From assembly GCF_043757465.1 (NCBI RefSeq), contig NZ_JAYVPL010000091.1:1-61625 (forward strand): a stretch of DNA of 61,625 nt, written 5' to 3'. This document shows positions 21,258 to 31,135 of the stretch, piece after piece. This DNA is from Armatimonas sp. Lineage in GTDB: Bacteria; Armatimonadota; Armatimonadia; Armatimonadales; Armatimonadaceae. Positions within the stretch are counted from its first letter, which is position 1, and every line of letters starts with the position of its first letter. The position numbers and the translations under genes were made by a program. Under the pieces are notes generated by a model. It saw only the letters and a list, made by a program, of their open reading frames with translations. It searched no databases and had not been told where the DNA came from.

Positions 21258-21919
21258 CCAAGAAACCCGACTGGCTTCCCTACGCCGCCCCGATGGCACT
21301 CTTTCTCGTACTGACCGCGCTGGAGAGCTACTTGCCGATCGCGCTCTATCCCTTCGTTTACAGCGTCAAGGCGCTTCTGGTACTGATTGCGCTGTTGTAT
21401 TTCCACCGCGAGTGGAAGAGCGAGCTTCGTGGCGACGGCAAAGCAGTGGCGCTGGGCGTTGTTGCCGGACTGCTCGGGCTGTGGCTGTGGCTGAAGCTGG
21501 ATGCACGCCAACCAGCGGGCTGGTCTATTGGAGCGCGCACGGCCTACAACCCGTTCGAGGCGATTGCGAATCCCACGCTTCGCTATAGCTTTATCACGGT
21601 GCGCTTTATCGGCCTTGCGCTTCTCGTCCCAGTGATGGAGGAGGTTTTCTGGCGCTCATTTCTGCTGCGCTACGCAACCGACCAGGACAAGTGGAAAAGC
21701 CTGACGCTCGGGCAGTTTTCCCTCGCCGCCTTTGGGATTGTCACCGGGCTTTTTGCGCTCGCCCACCCCGAGTGGCTGGCGGCCATCGGCTACGCGGCGC
21801 TGATGGCGGGGCTACTGCGCCACACGAAATCCCTACTCGCGTGCATCGTCGCGCATGGCGTCACCAACGCGGCGCTTGGGATATTTGTCTTGCTGACAGG
21901 CAAGTGGCATTACTGGTGA
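21254..21919 (+). CDS. CPBP-family (CAAX/Abi) intramembrane metalloprotease
   Basis: Multi-TM protein with the family motifs EEVFWRSFLLRY (EExxxR) and FALAHPEW...HGVTNA (FxxxH ... H). TTG start overlapping the upstream stop; an alternative ATG lies at 21293. Confidence 0.7.
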   Translation: MTKKPDWLPYAAPMALFLVLTALESYLPIALYPFVYSVKALLVLIALLYFHREWKSELRGDGKAVALGVVAGLLGLWLWLKLDARQPAGWSIGARTAYNPFEAIANPTLRYSFITVRFIGLALLVPVMEEVFWRSFLLRYATDQDKWKSLTLGQFSLAAFGIVTGLFALAHPEWLAAIGYAALMAGLLRHTKSLLACIVAHGVTNAALGIFVLLTGKWHYW

Positions 21920-21931
21920 AGTAGAGTCAAG

Positions 21932-22249
21932 CTAGTGGTGCAGCGCGGCCTTCACACTTCCAAAGAGGGGCAGGTCGGCCTGGAGGAGCGAGATATTGCG
22001 CCACACACGGCCTCCTTCGTGCGCCACAACCCGCAGAGAGTGGCCGTGTGTGGAGAGAGTTTGCTGGAACGAGAGAAGCCAGCGCAGGCCGTCGCTGTCG
22101 GCCCAGGAAGCCTGGGTGGTATCAAGGAGCACCTCACGCGCACCCGTGCGTTCGATCTGTGCCAGCAGTAGTGCGGGATCAGGCCCGCCCGAGAGCGGAG
22201 AATCGCAGCGCAACAGCGCGGTGCGGCCCGCAGAATAGATATTGATCAT
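21932..22249 (-). CDS. STAS-domain protein (anti-sigma-factor antagonist-like)
   Basis: 105 aa. Pattern REVLLDTTQASWADSDGLRWLL...GHSLRVVA resembles the SpoIIAA/STAS fold core. Weak. Confidence 0.4.
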   Translation of the reverse strand: MINIYSAGRTALLRCDSPLSGGPDPALLLAQIERTGAREVLLDTTQASWADSDGLRWLLSFQQTLSTHGHSLRVVAHEGGRVWRNISLLQADLPLFGSVKAALHH

Positions 22250-22339
22250 AGTCGTCTTTGTCGCTTTTTTTTCGCAACACTGCGAAAGTGTCGGTTCTCC
22301 CGACAGTACGCATTATACCCTCGCAGGTAGAATGCCATC

Positions 22340-22822
22340 ATGATAGAAAAACCAGAATTTTCCCACCTGGATGAAAAAGGGACGGCACGGATGGTGGATG
22401 TCTCCCAGAAAACCCCGTCCCACCGCACCGCCACCGCCACAGGAACCGTGCGCCTCTCCGAGACGCTGCGTCAGCTCGTGGCGGAAAAGGCACTCCCCAA
22501 GGGTGATGTCTTCACAGTCGCAAAAGTGGCAGGAATTCTGGCGGCGAAGCGGTGCGGTGAGCTGATCCCCCTGTGCCATCCCCTCCCACTCACCAACATT
22601 CAGGTGGAGCTGGCACTGACCGAAACCGGTGTCGAAATTACGGCGACGGCGTCCTGTGTGGGGCCAACTGGCGTGGAGATGGAGGCGCTTACCGCTGTCA
22701 GTGTCGCCGCCCTGACGGTCTACGACATGTGCAAGTCCGCCGACAAGGGCATGGTCATTGAGGCAGTCCGGCTCTTAACGAAAACGGGGGGAAAGAGTGG
22801 AGCGTGGCATGCAGAGCTATGA
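22340..22822 (+). CDS. moaC: Cyclic pyranopterin monophosphate synthase MoaC
   Basis: 160 aa. Conserved MoaC blocks (THLD..G.ARMVDVS.K, KGDVFTVAKVAGI.AAKR..ELIPLCHPL, TGVEMEALTA.SVAALT.YDMCK). Confidence 0.9.
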   Translation: MIEKPEFSHLDEKGTARMVDVSQKTPSHRTATATGTVRLSETLRQLVAEKALPKGDVFTVAKVAGILAAKRCGELIPLCHPLPLTNIQVELALTETGVEITATASCVGPTGVEMEALTAVSVAALTVYDMCKSADKGMVIEAVRLLTKTGGKSGAWHAEL

Positions 22823-24026
22823 CGAAGCCCTCGCGCAGATTCTCGGGTCAGTGACGCTGCCGCTCACAACGGAGCTTGTGCCATTAGAGCAAGCCCGGGG
22901 TCGCGCCGTTGCCTCGGATATTTGGGCGACTTGTGATCTTCCGCCGTTTGACAACTCCATGGTGGATGGCTATGCCGTGCGCACGGCCAGTGTCGGCAGC
23001 GCCTCCGAGGAGCTTGGCCTCAGCCTGCCGATTACCATGGAGATTCCCGCGGGCTCCTGGCCCACTCGCACCCTTCGGGCAGGTGAGGCGGCGCGCATCT
23101 TCACGGGTGCGCCCATCCCCGAGGGCTGCGACGCCGTGGTGATGGTGGAGGACACGCAAGAGTCAGAGGAAAACGACGGAGACGAAGCAGGCAGGGTGAC
23201 GCTGCGCCATCCCGGCTCGGGCGGCTACATCCGGCGGCGCGGGTCGGACATTGCGGTGGGGGCTCTGGCAATCCCAGCGGGCACCACGCTCCGTGCAGGC
23301 GAGATCGGGCTGCTGGCGGCACTAGGACTCTCTGAGATACCCTGCCCACGACGCCCCCGTGTCGGGATTCTCTCCACCGGCGACGAGCTAATCTCGCTTG
23401 CCCACACTCCGCTGAGCCCTGGCCAGATCCGTGACTCCAACGGCCCCGCGCTTGCGGCAGCGATTGAGGAGGCAGGGGGCTTAGTCGTGCAGCGAGCCCA
23501 TGCAAACGACATGCCTGAGGCGGTCGCGGAGGCATTTGCGAAGCTCTCTGGCTGCGATGTTATCCTCTCGTCGGGCGGTGTCTCGGTGGGCGATCACGAC
23601 CACGTGAAGGCTGTTCTCGAAGCCCAGGGGACATTGAGCTTCTGGCGCATCGCGATCAAGCCGGGCAAGCCACTCGCGTTTGGGACACTTGGCGACGCGC
23701 TATTTTTCGGCCTCCCCGGCAACCCCGTTTCGTCTTTAGTCACTTTTGAGCTGTTCGTGCGTCCGCTTTTACAAAAACTCGCCGGGCACACACGCTGCCT
23801 GCGGTCACAGATCACTGTCACCCTAGCCGCGCCACTCCCTCACGCCCCCGGACGGCGGGAGTTTGTGCGCGCCAGTCTCGACGACAATCTCCGGGCCACG
23901 CCCACGGGTGCACAGGGTTCACACCGCACCTCCAGCATGGTCGGAGCCGATGTGCTGATCATTGCCCATGAAGCTCACGGCGACTACCCAGCGGGCGCGA
24001 CTCTCCCTGCCCTGCTACTACGCTAA
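22809..24026 (+). CDS. moeA: Molybdopterin molybdenumtransferase MoeA
   Basis: N-terminus MQSYDEALAQILGSV...PPFDNSMVDGYAVR and MoCF-binding domain (ILSTGDEL, SSGGVSVGDHD). Start set at the ATG at 22809; the ORF-track start at 22797 is GTG. Confidence 0.85.
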   Translation: MQSYDEALAQILGSVTLPLTTELVPLEQARGRAVASDIWATCDLPPFDNSMVDGYAVRTASVGSASEELGLSLPITMEIPAGSWPTRTLRAGEAARIFTGAPIPEGCDAVVMVEDTQESEENDGDEAGRVTLRHPGSGGYIRRRGSDIAVGALAIPAGTTLRAGEIGLLAALGLSEIPCPRRPRVGILSTGDELISLAHTPLSPGQIRDSNGPALAAAIEEAGGLVVQRAHANDMPEAVAEAFAKLSGCDVILSSGGVSVGDHDHVKAVLEAQGTLSFWRIAIKPGKPLAFGTLGDALFFGLPGNPVSSLVTFELFVRPLLQKLAGHTRCLRSQITVTLAAPLPHAPGRREFVRASLDDNLRATPTGAQGSHRTSSMVGADVLIIAHEAHGDYPAGATLPALLLR

Positions 24027-24035
24027 TACAGCCGT

Positions 24036-24284
24036 TCACTGTGCCGCCAGCGCACTGACCTCGTCCCAGCGCACGGCATCAAAGGCGATGAGCCACGCAA
24101 ACGGGCGGCCTTTGGCATCGCTATAGACTGCAACCGCCCCTTGCAGCTCCCCTTCCAGCCCCGCGCCACGCCTGAGCGGCTCCCGCACTTTCCCCGCCGC
24201 CGCCAAAAGCCGCTCTAAGTTCTCCCGCCCTTCCACATACACCATCGCGCGCCGGGTCCCAATCTTCCACAGTGATGTCTTCAT
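24036..24284 (-). CDS. Hypothetical small protein
   Basis: 82 aa ORF with no recognisable motif. Sits between moeA and the MFS gene. Confidence 0.3.
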   Translation of the reverse strand: MKTSLWKIGTRRAMVYVEGRENLERLLAAAGKVREPLRRGAGLEGELQGAVAVYSDAKGRPFAWLIAFDAVRWDEVSALAAQ

Positions 24285-25596
24285 GCCGCAGAGTTTATCA
24301 AACTATAGTTTGCTTCGCAAGCACGGTAGACTGCTCTCTGTGACAGAACGCGAGGATCTACGTTTCCGACTACGCCACTGGGCACGCTGGAAACTGGGGG
24401 TACCTCGGGAGGCGCTTCATTCGCTGGGCTGGGATGTTGCCGCCGGGGCGTGCGCGGGCATCTATCTGGGGATGACCATGCCGTTTCTGATACGGATCGC
24501 CCGCGCGGAGCTGCATGCCAGCGACTTTGCCATCGGGGTGATGAACGCCGCGCCGTTTGTGGGCAATCTTCTCGCGCCCGTCTGGGCCCGCCAGATGGAG
24601 GGCAAGGCGAAGATGCCTTTCTGCCAGGTGAGCTGGATCACGGGCCGCTCGCTTTTGCTGCTCATGCCGCTCGCCGCCACGGCCTGGGGTTTTGTGGGCA
24701 TCATCGCGCTCTTGCTCTTTATCGGCACGATCAGCTCACCCGCCTACACATCGCTCATGAAAGACATCTACCCGGATCGTGCACGGGGCCAGCTCATGAG
24801 CTACGTGCGCATTATCGTGCAGGCGTTCACGTTCCTCTCTACCCTCGTCACAGGCCGCTTGATGGACCGTGGCGTGGGCTTCGGGCCGCTTTTTGCTGTC
24901 GCGGGTGTGGCTGGCATTCTCGCCGCGATTTTCTTTCGCAAAGTCCGCCCTCTTCCCAGCACCGCGCCGCCGTCTCTGGAGCCGCCGCAACCGCTCCCGA
25001 GCTTTCTCGTTAACACACTGGGAATTCTCAAAGAGAATCAAAGCTACCGATGGTTCGCGCTCTCGGTGATGCTCTATGGCTTTGGTAATCTGATGGCCTG
25101 GCCGCTCTACCAGCTCTACCAGGTGGAGCACCTGCATATTCGCCCCACGCAGATCGCCAATCTCACCAATGTCACGTCCCTCTGCGCCATGGTCGGATCC
25201 CTGTTCTGGGGGCGCTTTATTGACCGCCACGGCGCGGCGCAGACGGTCTTCCGGGCGATCTTGCTCATTACCTCAATCTCCGTGGTGTACTTCTTCGCGC
25301 ACTCGGTGAGCCTGCTCTATGCTGCGTCGTTTCTCTCGGGATTCGGCATGGCGGGCATCGAGCTGAGCTACACAGCGAGCATCTTAAACTACGCCGAGCA
25401 CGGAAAAGCGGCCCGCTACCAAGCGCTCCACTCGCTGCTGCTAGGAATTCGCGGCGTCCTCGCCCCACTCGTTGCGCTGCCCCTCCTGCGCGTCATCGGC
25501 TACCAAGGCGTCTTTATCATCACGTTTCTGTTCATGCTCCTGGGAGCCTATCTCCAGTGGCGCGCAACGAAAGCCCTCGAAATCCGCCCCGTCTGA
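24283..25596 (+). CDS. MFS transporter
   Basis: 437 aa with about 12 predicted TM segments and MFS-like loops (e.g. GRLMDRGVGFGP, GRFIDRHGAAQ). Confidence 0.75.
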   Translation: MPQSLSNYSLLRKHGRLLSVTEREDLRFRLRHWARWKLGVPREALHSLGWDVAAGACAGIYLGMTMPFLIRIARAELHASDFAIGVMNAAPFVGNLLAPVWARQMEGKAKMPFCQVSWITGRSLLLLMPLAATAWGFVGIIALLLFIGTISSPAYTSLMKDIYPDRARGQLMSYVRIIVQAFTFLSTLVTGRLMDRGVGFGPLFAVAGVAGILAAIFFRKVRPLPSTAPPSLEPPQPLPSFLVNTLGILKENQSYRWFALSVMLYGFGNLMAWPLYQLYQVEHLHIRPTQIANLTNVTSLCAMVGSLFWGRFIDRHGAAQTVFRAILLITSISVVYFFAHSVSLLYAASFLSGFGMAGIELSYTASILNYAEHGKAARYQALHSLLLGIRGVLAPLVALPLLRVIGYQGVFIITFLFMLLGAYLQWRATKALEIRPV

Positions 25597-25603
25597 CTGT
25601 TGG

Positions 25604-26182
25604 CTATTTCCCACAGATGGAGCAGTCTTTGACATGGCAGAACTGGCTCAGCTCCTGGTGCAGGCGCTCTCGTGCACGGTGGATGCGTGAGCGAACGGTG
25701 CCAATGGGAATCTGGAGGCGGCTGGCAATGACCGCATAGTTCAGCCCCTCCAGGTCACACAGAAGCAGCGGCACTCGGAACGACTCGGGAAGCTTCTGGA
25801 GGGCTAGCTGAAACTCCTCGGAGAGCAGTGGGTCGAGCAACCAATCCTGTGGGCTAGGACCATCCGAGACAGGCTCCTTGAACTCGGAGAGGGCGTGTAC
25901 AGGGCGACGCTTGGCACGGCGCGTTTGATCAATACGATTGGTGGTCAGGATGCGAAACACCCACCGGTCAAAACCATGCCCCTGGTAGGAATCAAACGCC
26001 TGAAAGGCTTCTAGGAGCGACTCCGCCAGTAGGTCCTCCGCATCGGCAACATTGCCACAGTGACGATAGGCATAGGCATAGAAGCGATCCCAGTGCTGCA
26101 CCGTGAGAGATTCAAAGTGCTTTCCACGGTCGCACTCCTCGCCATGCCCCCATTCTACGCACGGTGTCGCCACAAATCCCAT
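25604..26182 (-). CDS. RNA polymerase sigma-70 factor, ECF subfamily
   Basis: Region 2 (FYAYAYRHCGNVADAEDLLAESLLEAF) and region 4 HTH (LPESFRVPLLLCDLEGLNYAVIASRLQIPIGTVRSRIHRARERL). Unusual Cys-rich C-terminal tail (HVKDCSICGK). Confidence 0.8.
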   Translation of the reverse strand: MGFVATPCVEWGHGEECDRGKHFESLTVQHWDRFYAYAYRHCGNVADAEDLLAESLLEAFQAFDSYQGHGFDRWVFRILTTNRIDQTRRAKRRPVHALSEFKEPVSDGPSPQDWLLDPLLSEEFQLALQKLPESFRVPLLLCDLEGLNYAVIASRLQIPIGTVRSRIHRARERLHQELSQFCHVKDCSICGK

Positions 26183-26218
26183 AACACTATTCTAAAAAAT
26201 GGAGATGAATAATAGATG

Positions 26219-26252
26219 AAAGCCCGCCTCAGAAGTATCTAAAGCGGGCTTT
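26219..26252 (-). terminator. Hairpin downstream of secA (putative terminator)
   Basis: aaagcccgc-(15 nt)-gcgggcttt is a 9-bp perfect inverted repeat 28 bp after the secA stop. A T-rich tract on the minus strand lies about 20 nt further on. Confidence 0.4.
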
Positions 26253-26279
26253 CGGAGCCAATCGGCTCTGCGCCAGAGG

Positions 26280-29200
26280 CTACACGACATCCGAAGGCAG
26301 GGATTTGCCCCGATGGCACTGCTTGTACTTCTTGCCACTCCCACACGGGCACGGATCGTTGGGATCTATCTTGCGTGGTGCCGTGCTCTGTGCTGCCTCC
26401 GCGGCTGCGGCAAGCAGTGCATTGACCTCAGGAGCTATCGGATTCTCCGTGGGCTCACCCCCTTCGCCGTTCAGCTCCATCGGGCTTGATTCGCCACCGA
26501 ACTGCTGGAGAAGGTTGAAGATATCCTGCTCCTGCTCGTAGTCCGTCATCTCCTGCTGGAGCTGGGCCACGAAGACATTGCGCACGGTATCTCCCACCAG
26601 CCCGGCCTGCATGTCGCTGAAGAGCTTCATGGCCTCTGTCTTGTAGGCCACCAGCGGGTCGGTCTGTGCGTAGCCGCGCAGACCGATTCCCTCGCGCAGG
26701 TAGTCAACGTTCTGGAGGTGCTGGATCCAGGTCTGGTCAATAGTCTGCCGCAACAAGTGCCGCTCGATCTCGCGCATCAGCTCGCTGCCGACCTCTTCCT
26801 CCTTCGCATCGTAGGCTTCCTCGGCAAGCTCGTGCAGTCGCTTCGTGAGGTCGGCCTTGGTAAAGTCCTTCAGCTCCTCGTAGCTGGCAAAGTTAGCCAG
26901 CGGGAACTGCTCATTCAGCTCTTGATAGAGCTTCTCTTTGTCCCACTCTTCCGAGGGCACTCCCTCAGGACAGTTTAGCTCGACGGCGGTCTCGACGCTC
27001 TCATGCAGGTAGCTGACAAGCGTGTCGCGTAGCTCGGCCTCCTCCAGGATCTTGCGGCGCTCTCCGTAGATCACCTCACGCTGGACATTCATCACATCAT
27101 CGTACTCAAGAACATGCTTTCGAGAGTCGAAGTTGTGCTGCTCCACTTTCTTCTGCGCCCGCTCGATCATCTTGGAGAGAATGGGCATGTCCACGGCCTG
27201 GTCTTCCTCCCACGCCTTGAGCGCCGCCATCTGGAGGCTGTTGCGCTCCCCAAACGCGCGCCAGAGGTAGTCTTCCAGCGAGACATGGAACTTGCTGGTG
27301 CCAGGGTCTCCCTGCCGACCCGAGCGGCCTCGGAGCTGGTTATCAATGCGCCGCGACTCGTGGCGCTCCGTGCCCAGAATGTAGAGCCCGCCCCGCTTGC
27401 GCACTTCCTCACGCTCCTGGGCAAGATCAAGCGCAGCTTCCTCCGTGAGAGACTGCGTACCCGCCGTCGCATCGGCGGCCATGTCGCGACCAGTCACCAC
27501 GTGGGCGATCCCCGCGCGCCGCCCGCCGCGACGGTAGGAGTAGTCGCGCTCTTTCTCGCTCTCCCCTGCCAGCTCCTTGTACTGTGAGCCCCCCAGGATA
27601 ATATCAACGCCACGACCTGCCATATTGGTTGCAATGGTCACCGCGCCGCGCCGCCCGGCCTCGGCAATAATTAACGCCTCTTGCTCATGGTACTTAGCAT
27701 TCAGGACATTGTGCGGGATGCCGTACTCCAGCGCCTCGCGCAGCGCTTTGAGCTCCTCATCGCTCTTCAGGCCAATAATGGAGGCGAAGGCGCTTACCTG
27801 TGCCTCATCGGTCATCTTCGTGCCCATGCTCAGCTCTTTTGCTAGCGGGGCCAGCATCGGCAGGTTTAGGTCATCGAGCCGTCGGTTGAGCACGGCGGAG
27901 AACTGCGCGTACTTCTCCTCGCCCACCTCCTTGCGCTTCTCTAGGAGCCGCGTCCGCAGAATCACCACGGCGGCCAGGAGCTCCAGAGTCTGGAAGGTAA
28001 GCCGGGAGCTGACGCGCTCACTCATCTCGATGGAGCGTGTTCCCACGAGAAGCGGCTGCTGCCGACAGTGGATCAACAAGATCTCCGAGGCAATCCCGCG
28101 CAGCTTGGCCTCCAGGCTCTTGTAGATCATGTCCGCATTGTCTTTACGGAGCATGGGCTTGTTGGTGGGCACCTGCACCACATCGAGTGCATAGATCTTG
28201 CGGAACTCGTCCTCTTCCGTCTTAGCGGTTCCGGTCATCCCGGCGAGCTTGGCATAGAGCCTAAAGTAGTTCTGGATCGTGATGGTCGCGAGTGTCTGCT
28301 GCTCGTTTTCGATCTTGATCCCCTCTTTGGCCTCCACCGCCTGGTGCAGACCATCAGACCAGCGCCGTCCGAACATCAAGCGCCCCGTGGACTCGTCCAC
28401 GATCACGATCTCGGGCTTGCCCTCTTGATTGGGTTTCACCACGTAGTCCACGTCCAGCTCGAAGACACCATGCGCCTTGATGGCGGCGACAGCGTGCTGC
28501 ATGTACTCCAGGTTCTCCATCGCCGAGATGTCCTGAATGTCATGGCCCATCTTGCGCAGAATCTCCTCGACTCTTTCCATTCCGCGCTCGGTAAACGTGG
28601 CGTTCTTAGCCTTCTCGTCCACGGTGTAGTCTTTCTCATCCGTGGTCGTGTCGTACTTGTCTTTCTTGGCTGTGCCTTTCTCAAGCTGGGGCATGATGCC
28701 CGCAAAGACATAGTAGAGTTCGCTGGAGCGCTGCGCGGTACCGGAGATAATCAGCGGGGTGCGCGCCTCGTCAATTAAGTTTGAGTCGCACTCATCAATA
28801 ACAGCGAACCAGTGCCCTCGGTGCTGAACCACATGCTCCAGAGTGGGGGCCATATTGTCGCGCAGGTAGTCAAAACCCAGCTCGGCGCTGGTGGCGTAGA
28901 GAATGTCGCACGAGTAGGCATCACGGCGGTCGTGGGTCTGGCGGGAGTACTTGAAGCGCTCGTCCAGTCCATCCACCGCGGGGTCTTCGTAGGTCGGGTC
29001 GTAGATAAAAGTCCCGCCGCCCTCACCCGTCTCCGGGGAGTGGCCCTGCAAGATTCCAACCGTCATCCCTAGAGCCGCAAAGACCGGCCCCATCCAGACT
29101 GCATCGCGCTTGACAAGATAGTCGTTGGCGGTCACTAAGTGCGCACCTTTTCCAGCAATCGCATTTAGATAGGTCGCCAGCGTGGACGTCAGTGTCTTGC

Positions 29201-29810
29201 CCTCGCCCGTACGCAGCTCGGAGATACGGCCATCGTGCTGAACCATCCCGCCAATAAGCTGAACATCGAAGTGACGCATCCCTAGCGTCCGCCACGCCGC
29301 CTCACGGCACGCCGCGAACGCCTCCACCATGATGCTATCCAGCGCCTTGTCGTAGGCGGCACGCAGGTCCTTGTTGCCCTGGTAGCCCAATATCTCGCCG
29401 ACACGCCGGTAGAACAGGCTGGACTTCCCGTTGTCATCCTCGGAATTGAACTTCCGAAACACCCCTTCGAGCGCCTCAGCACGCCGTCGGTCTTTATCGC
29501 CCACCACCTCATCGAGCCGTTGCCGAAACTCCTCGGTATGGGCCTTGCGCTGCTCCTCGGTGAGCTCCGAGCTGCCAAGTAGCTCCTCGGCACGCCGCTT
29601 GAACTCCGCTTCGATCGTGGCGATTTTATCCTCCACTTTCGCACAGACCTGAGTCACGACACGGAGCCGGAACTCGTCCGTCTTGGCCAAGAGTTCTTCG
29701 TCGGTGAGCTTCTTAAACGTAGGCTCAATCGCGTTGACCGTCTCCACTACCTTGCGGTACTTGCGGATGTCACGCTCGTTATTATCAAAAAGTTTTCGTA
29801 GAAAATCCAT
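26280..29810 (-). CDS. secA: Preprotein translocase ATPase SecA (long form, about 1176 aa, with insertions)
   Basis: DEAD motor motifs, preprotein cross-linking domain, helical scaffold and a C-terminal zinc-binding tail (CPCGSGKKYKQCHRGK). True start taken as MDFLRKLFDNNERDIRKY at 29810. The ORF-track N-terminal 83 aa extension is not SecA-like. Confidence 0.9.
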   Translation of the reverse strand: MDFLRKLFDNNERDIRKYRKVVETVNAIEPTFKKLTDEELLAKTDEFRLRVVTQVCAKVEDKIATIEAEFKRRAEELLGSSELTEEQRKAHTEEFRQRLDEVVGDKDRRRAEALEGVFRKFNSEDDNGKSSLFYRRVGEILGYQGNKDLRAAYDKALDSIMVEAFAACREAAWRTLGMRHFDVQLIGGMVQHDGRISELRTGEGKTLTSTLATYLNAIAGKGAHLVTANDYLVKRDAVWMGPVFAALGMTVGILQGHSPETGEGGGTFIYDPTYEDPAVDGLDERFKYSRQTHDRRDAYSCDILYATSAELGFDYLRDNMAPTLEHVVQHRGHWFAVIDECDSNLIDEARTPLIISGTAQRSSELYYVFAGIMPQLEKGTAKKDKYDTTTDEKDYTVDEKAKNATFTERGMERVEEILRKMGHDIQDISAMENLEYMQHAVAAIKAHGVFELDVDYVVKPNQEGKPEIVIVDESTGRLMFGRRWSDGLHQAVEAKEGIKIENEQQTLATITIQNYFRLYAKLAGMTGTAKTEEDEFRKIYALDVVQVPTNKPMLRKDNADMIYKSLEAKLRGIASEILLIHCRQQPLLVGTRSIEMSERVSSRLTFQTLELLAAVVILRTRLLEKRKEVGEEKYAQFSAVLNRRLDDLNLPMLAPLAKELSMGTKMTDEAQVSAFASIIGLKSDEELKALREALEYGIPHNVLNAKYHEQEALIIAEAGRRGAVTIATNMAGRGVDIILGGSQYKELAGESEKERDYSYRRGGRRAGIAHVVTGRDMAADATAGTQSLTEEAALDLAQEREEVRKRGGLYILGTERHESRRIDNQLRGRSGRQGDPGTSKFHVSLEDYLWRAFGERNSLQMAALKAWEEDQAVDMPILSKMIERAQKKVEQHNFDSRKHVLEYDDVMNVQREVIYGERRKILEEAELRDTLVSYLHESVETAVELNCPEGVPSEEWDKEKLYQELNEQFPLANFASYEELKDFTKADLTKRLHELAEEAYDAKEEEVGSELMREIERHLLRQTIDQTWIQHLQNVDYLREGIGLRGYAQTDPLVAYKTEAMKLFSDMQAGLVGDTVRNVFVAQLQQEMTDYEQEQDIFNLLQQFGGESSPMELNGEGGEPTENPIAPEVNALLAAAAEAAQSTAPRKIDPNDPCPCGSGKKYKQCHRGKSLPSDVV

Positions 29811-29913
29811 AGTTTTAAATATCTGAAGAAAAGGCTTTCCGTCCGCAGGACGGCGTAAAGCTGGGCCCGGCCTTTCAGGGTCGGGGAAAGCAAAGAAAAG
29901 AGAAAAAGGCGAT

Positions 29914-30297
29914 TTACCCGTGCGGCGGTGCGCGGGAGCCACAGGCGGTGCGCTCGTAGCGCGCTCGTGGTGCAGAGGGTGCGGCACAGAGCGGACGCTC
30001 ACTGCGTCGCTCAGGCAGAGACACACTGGCTCGGGTGGGAGTGAGAACGGCAAGCGCATTTAGATCCGCTGCCGGTTCCAGACGCACCAGCTTGAGGCGA
30101 CCGCTCTGGGCTGCGGCCTTGATGGCTTCTTCTTCTTGAGTCGTCGCCCGGCGTGGCGAGAGCGCAGCCTCAGCGGGAACCACCGCCACATTTGCCTGAC
30201 GCAGCGCCGCCAGCACCACCGCCGTCGTGCTCGGGGTGAGCAAGAGGGTGGAGAGCAGAAGCAGGCTCCAGGTCCAGATTGGCTGGCGATGAATCAT
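29914..30297 (-). CDS. Hypothetical small secreted protein (speculative)
   Basis: ORF between secA and lpxC. From the ATG at 30297 the protein starts MIHRQPIWTWSLLLLSTLLLTPSTTAVVLA, which is signal-peptide-like. No known motif; could be spurious. Confidence 0.25.
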   Translation of the reverse strand: MIHRQPIWTWSLLLLSTLLLTPSTTAVVLAALRQANVAVVPAEAALSPRRATTQEEEAIKAAAQSGRLKLVRLEPAADLNALAVLTPTRASVSLPERRSERPLCAAPSAPRARYERTACGSRAPPHG

Positions 30298-30343
30298 ACG
30301 GCTCATGAGAAAATTCGCTAGCGGATATTGTATCATCTAGGGC

Positions 30344-31135
30344 ATGACCTACGCGACTCTCTCAGGCATCGGCATTCACACAGGCCAGCCTTGCTCCGCA
30401 ACACTCAGTGCACTTCCTCCTGGCTCCGGCATTCTGTTTGAGACGCCCGAGGGACTCATTCCCGCTCGCGCCGAGAATGTCGTGGAGACACTGCGCTGCA
30501 CGGTACTGGGGTGTGGCGCGGCCCGTCTCTCGACTGTGGAGCACCTGCTCTCCGCCTGCGCCGGGCGTGGTATCCGCGATCTCAAGGTGAGTGTGAGTGG
30601 CCCGGAGCTCCCCATTCTTGATGGTAGTGCGGCGGGCTGGGCGGCCACACTTCCGCAGGGCGCACTTGCACTGCGCGAGCTTCCCCAGCCGATTATTGTG
30701 ACGGGCCGAGGCGGCGCGTTTATCGCCTGCTACCCGGCGGAGATGCTCACCGTCACCTGCGCTATCGCCTTCGAGCACCCACTCGTCGGCACACAGCTCG
30801 CGCGCTTCGCTCCCCTTGCACTCAGTGCTGGGGAAGCTTATCTGGAACAAATCGCCCCCGCGCGTACATTTGGCTTTATCGAGGAAGTTCAGAAGCTACT
30901 GGACGCCGGGTTGGCCAAGGGGGGATCGCTGGAAAATGCCGTTATTGTCCACCCGGATCGCTACGAGCCCGCGCTTCGCTTTGACAACGAGCTTGCCCGT
31001 CATAAGCTTTTAGACTTGCTAGGAGATCTGCTGCTTGCTGGTTTTCTGCCAAAAGCGGATATAATCGCCATGAAACCCAGCCACGGGCTAAACTGCCAAC
31101 TGGCGTCCCTTTTGTCGAGGATTGATTTTGAGTAA
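30344..31135 (+). CDS. lpxC: UDP-3-O-acyl-N-acetylglucosamine deacetylase LpxC
   Basis: Conserved LpxC blocks (SGIGIHTG, STVEHLLSA..G.GI.D, ILDGSA, HKLLDLLGDL). Confidence 0.9.
   Translation: MTYATLSGIGIHTGQPCSATLSALPPGSGILFETPEGLIPARAENVVETLRCTVLGCGAARLSTVEHLLSACAGRGIRDLKVSVSGPELPILDGSAAGWAATLPQGALALRELPQPIIVTGRGGAFIACYPAEMLTVTCAIAFEHPLVGTQLARFAPLALSAGEAYLEQIAPARTFGFIEEVQKLLDAGLAKGGSLENAVIVHPDRYEPALRFDNELARHKLLDLLGDLLLAGFLPKADIIAMKPSHGLNCQLASLLSRIDFE

Noticed and set aside
24450-25013. 187 aa plus-strand ORF
   Set aside because: Alternate frame inside the MFS transporter gene, whose own frame encodes 12 coherent TM helices.
29811-30059. 83-codon N-terminal extension of the SecA ORF
   Set aside because: The sequence (MRLPFSLPPEPVCLCLSD...) is not SecA-like. 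Canonical SecA begins MDFLRKLF at the ATG at 29810.
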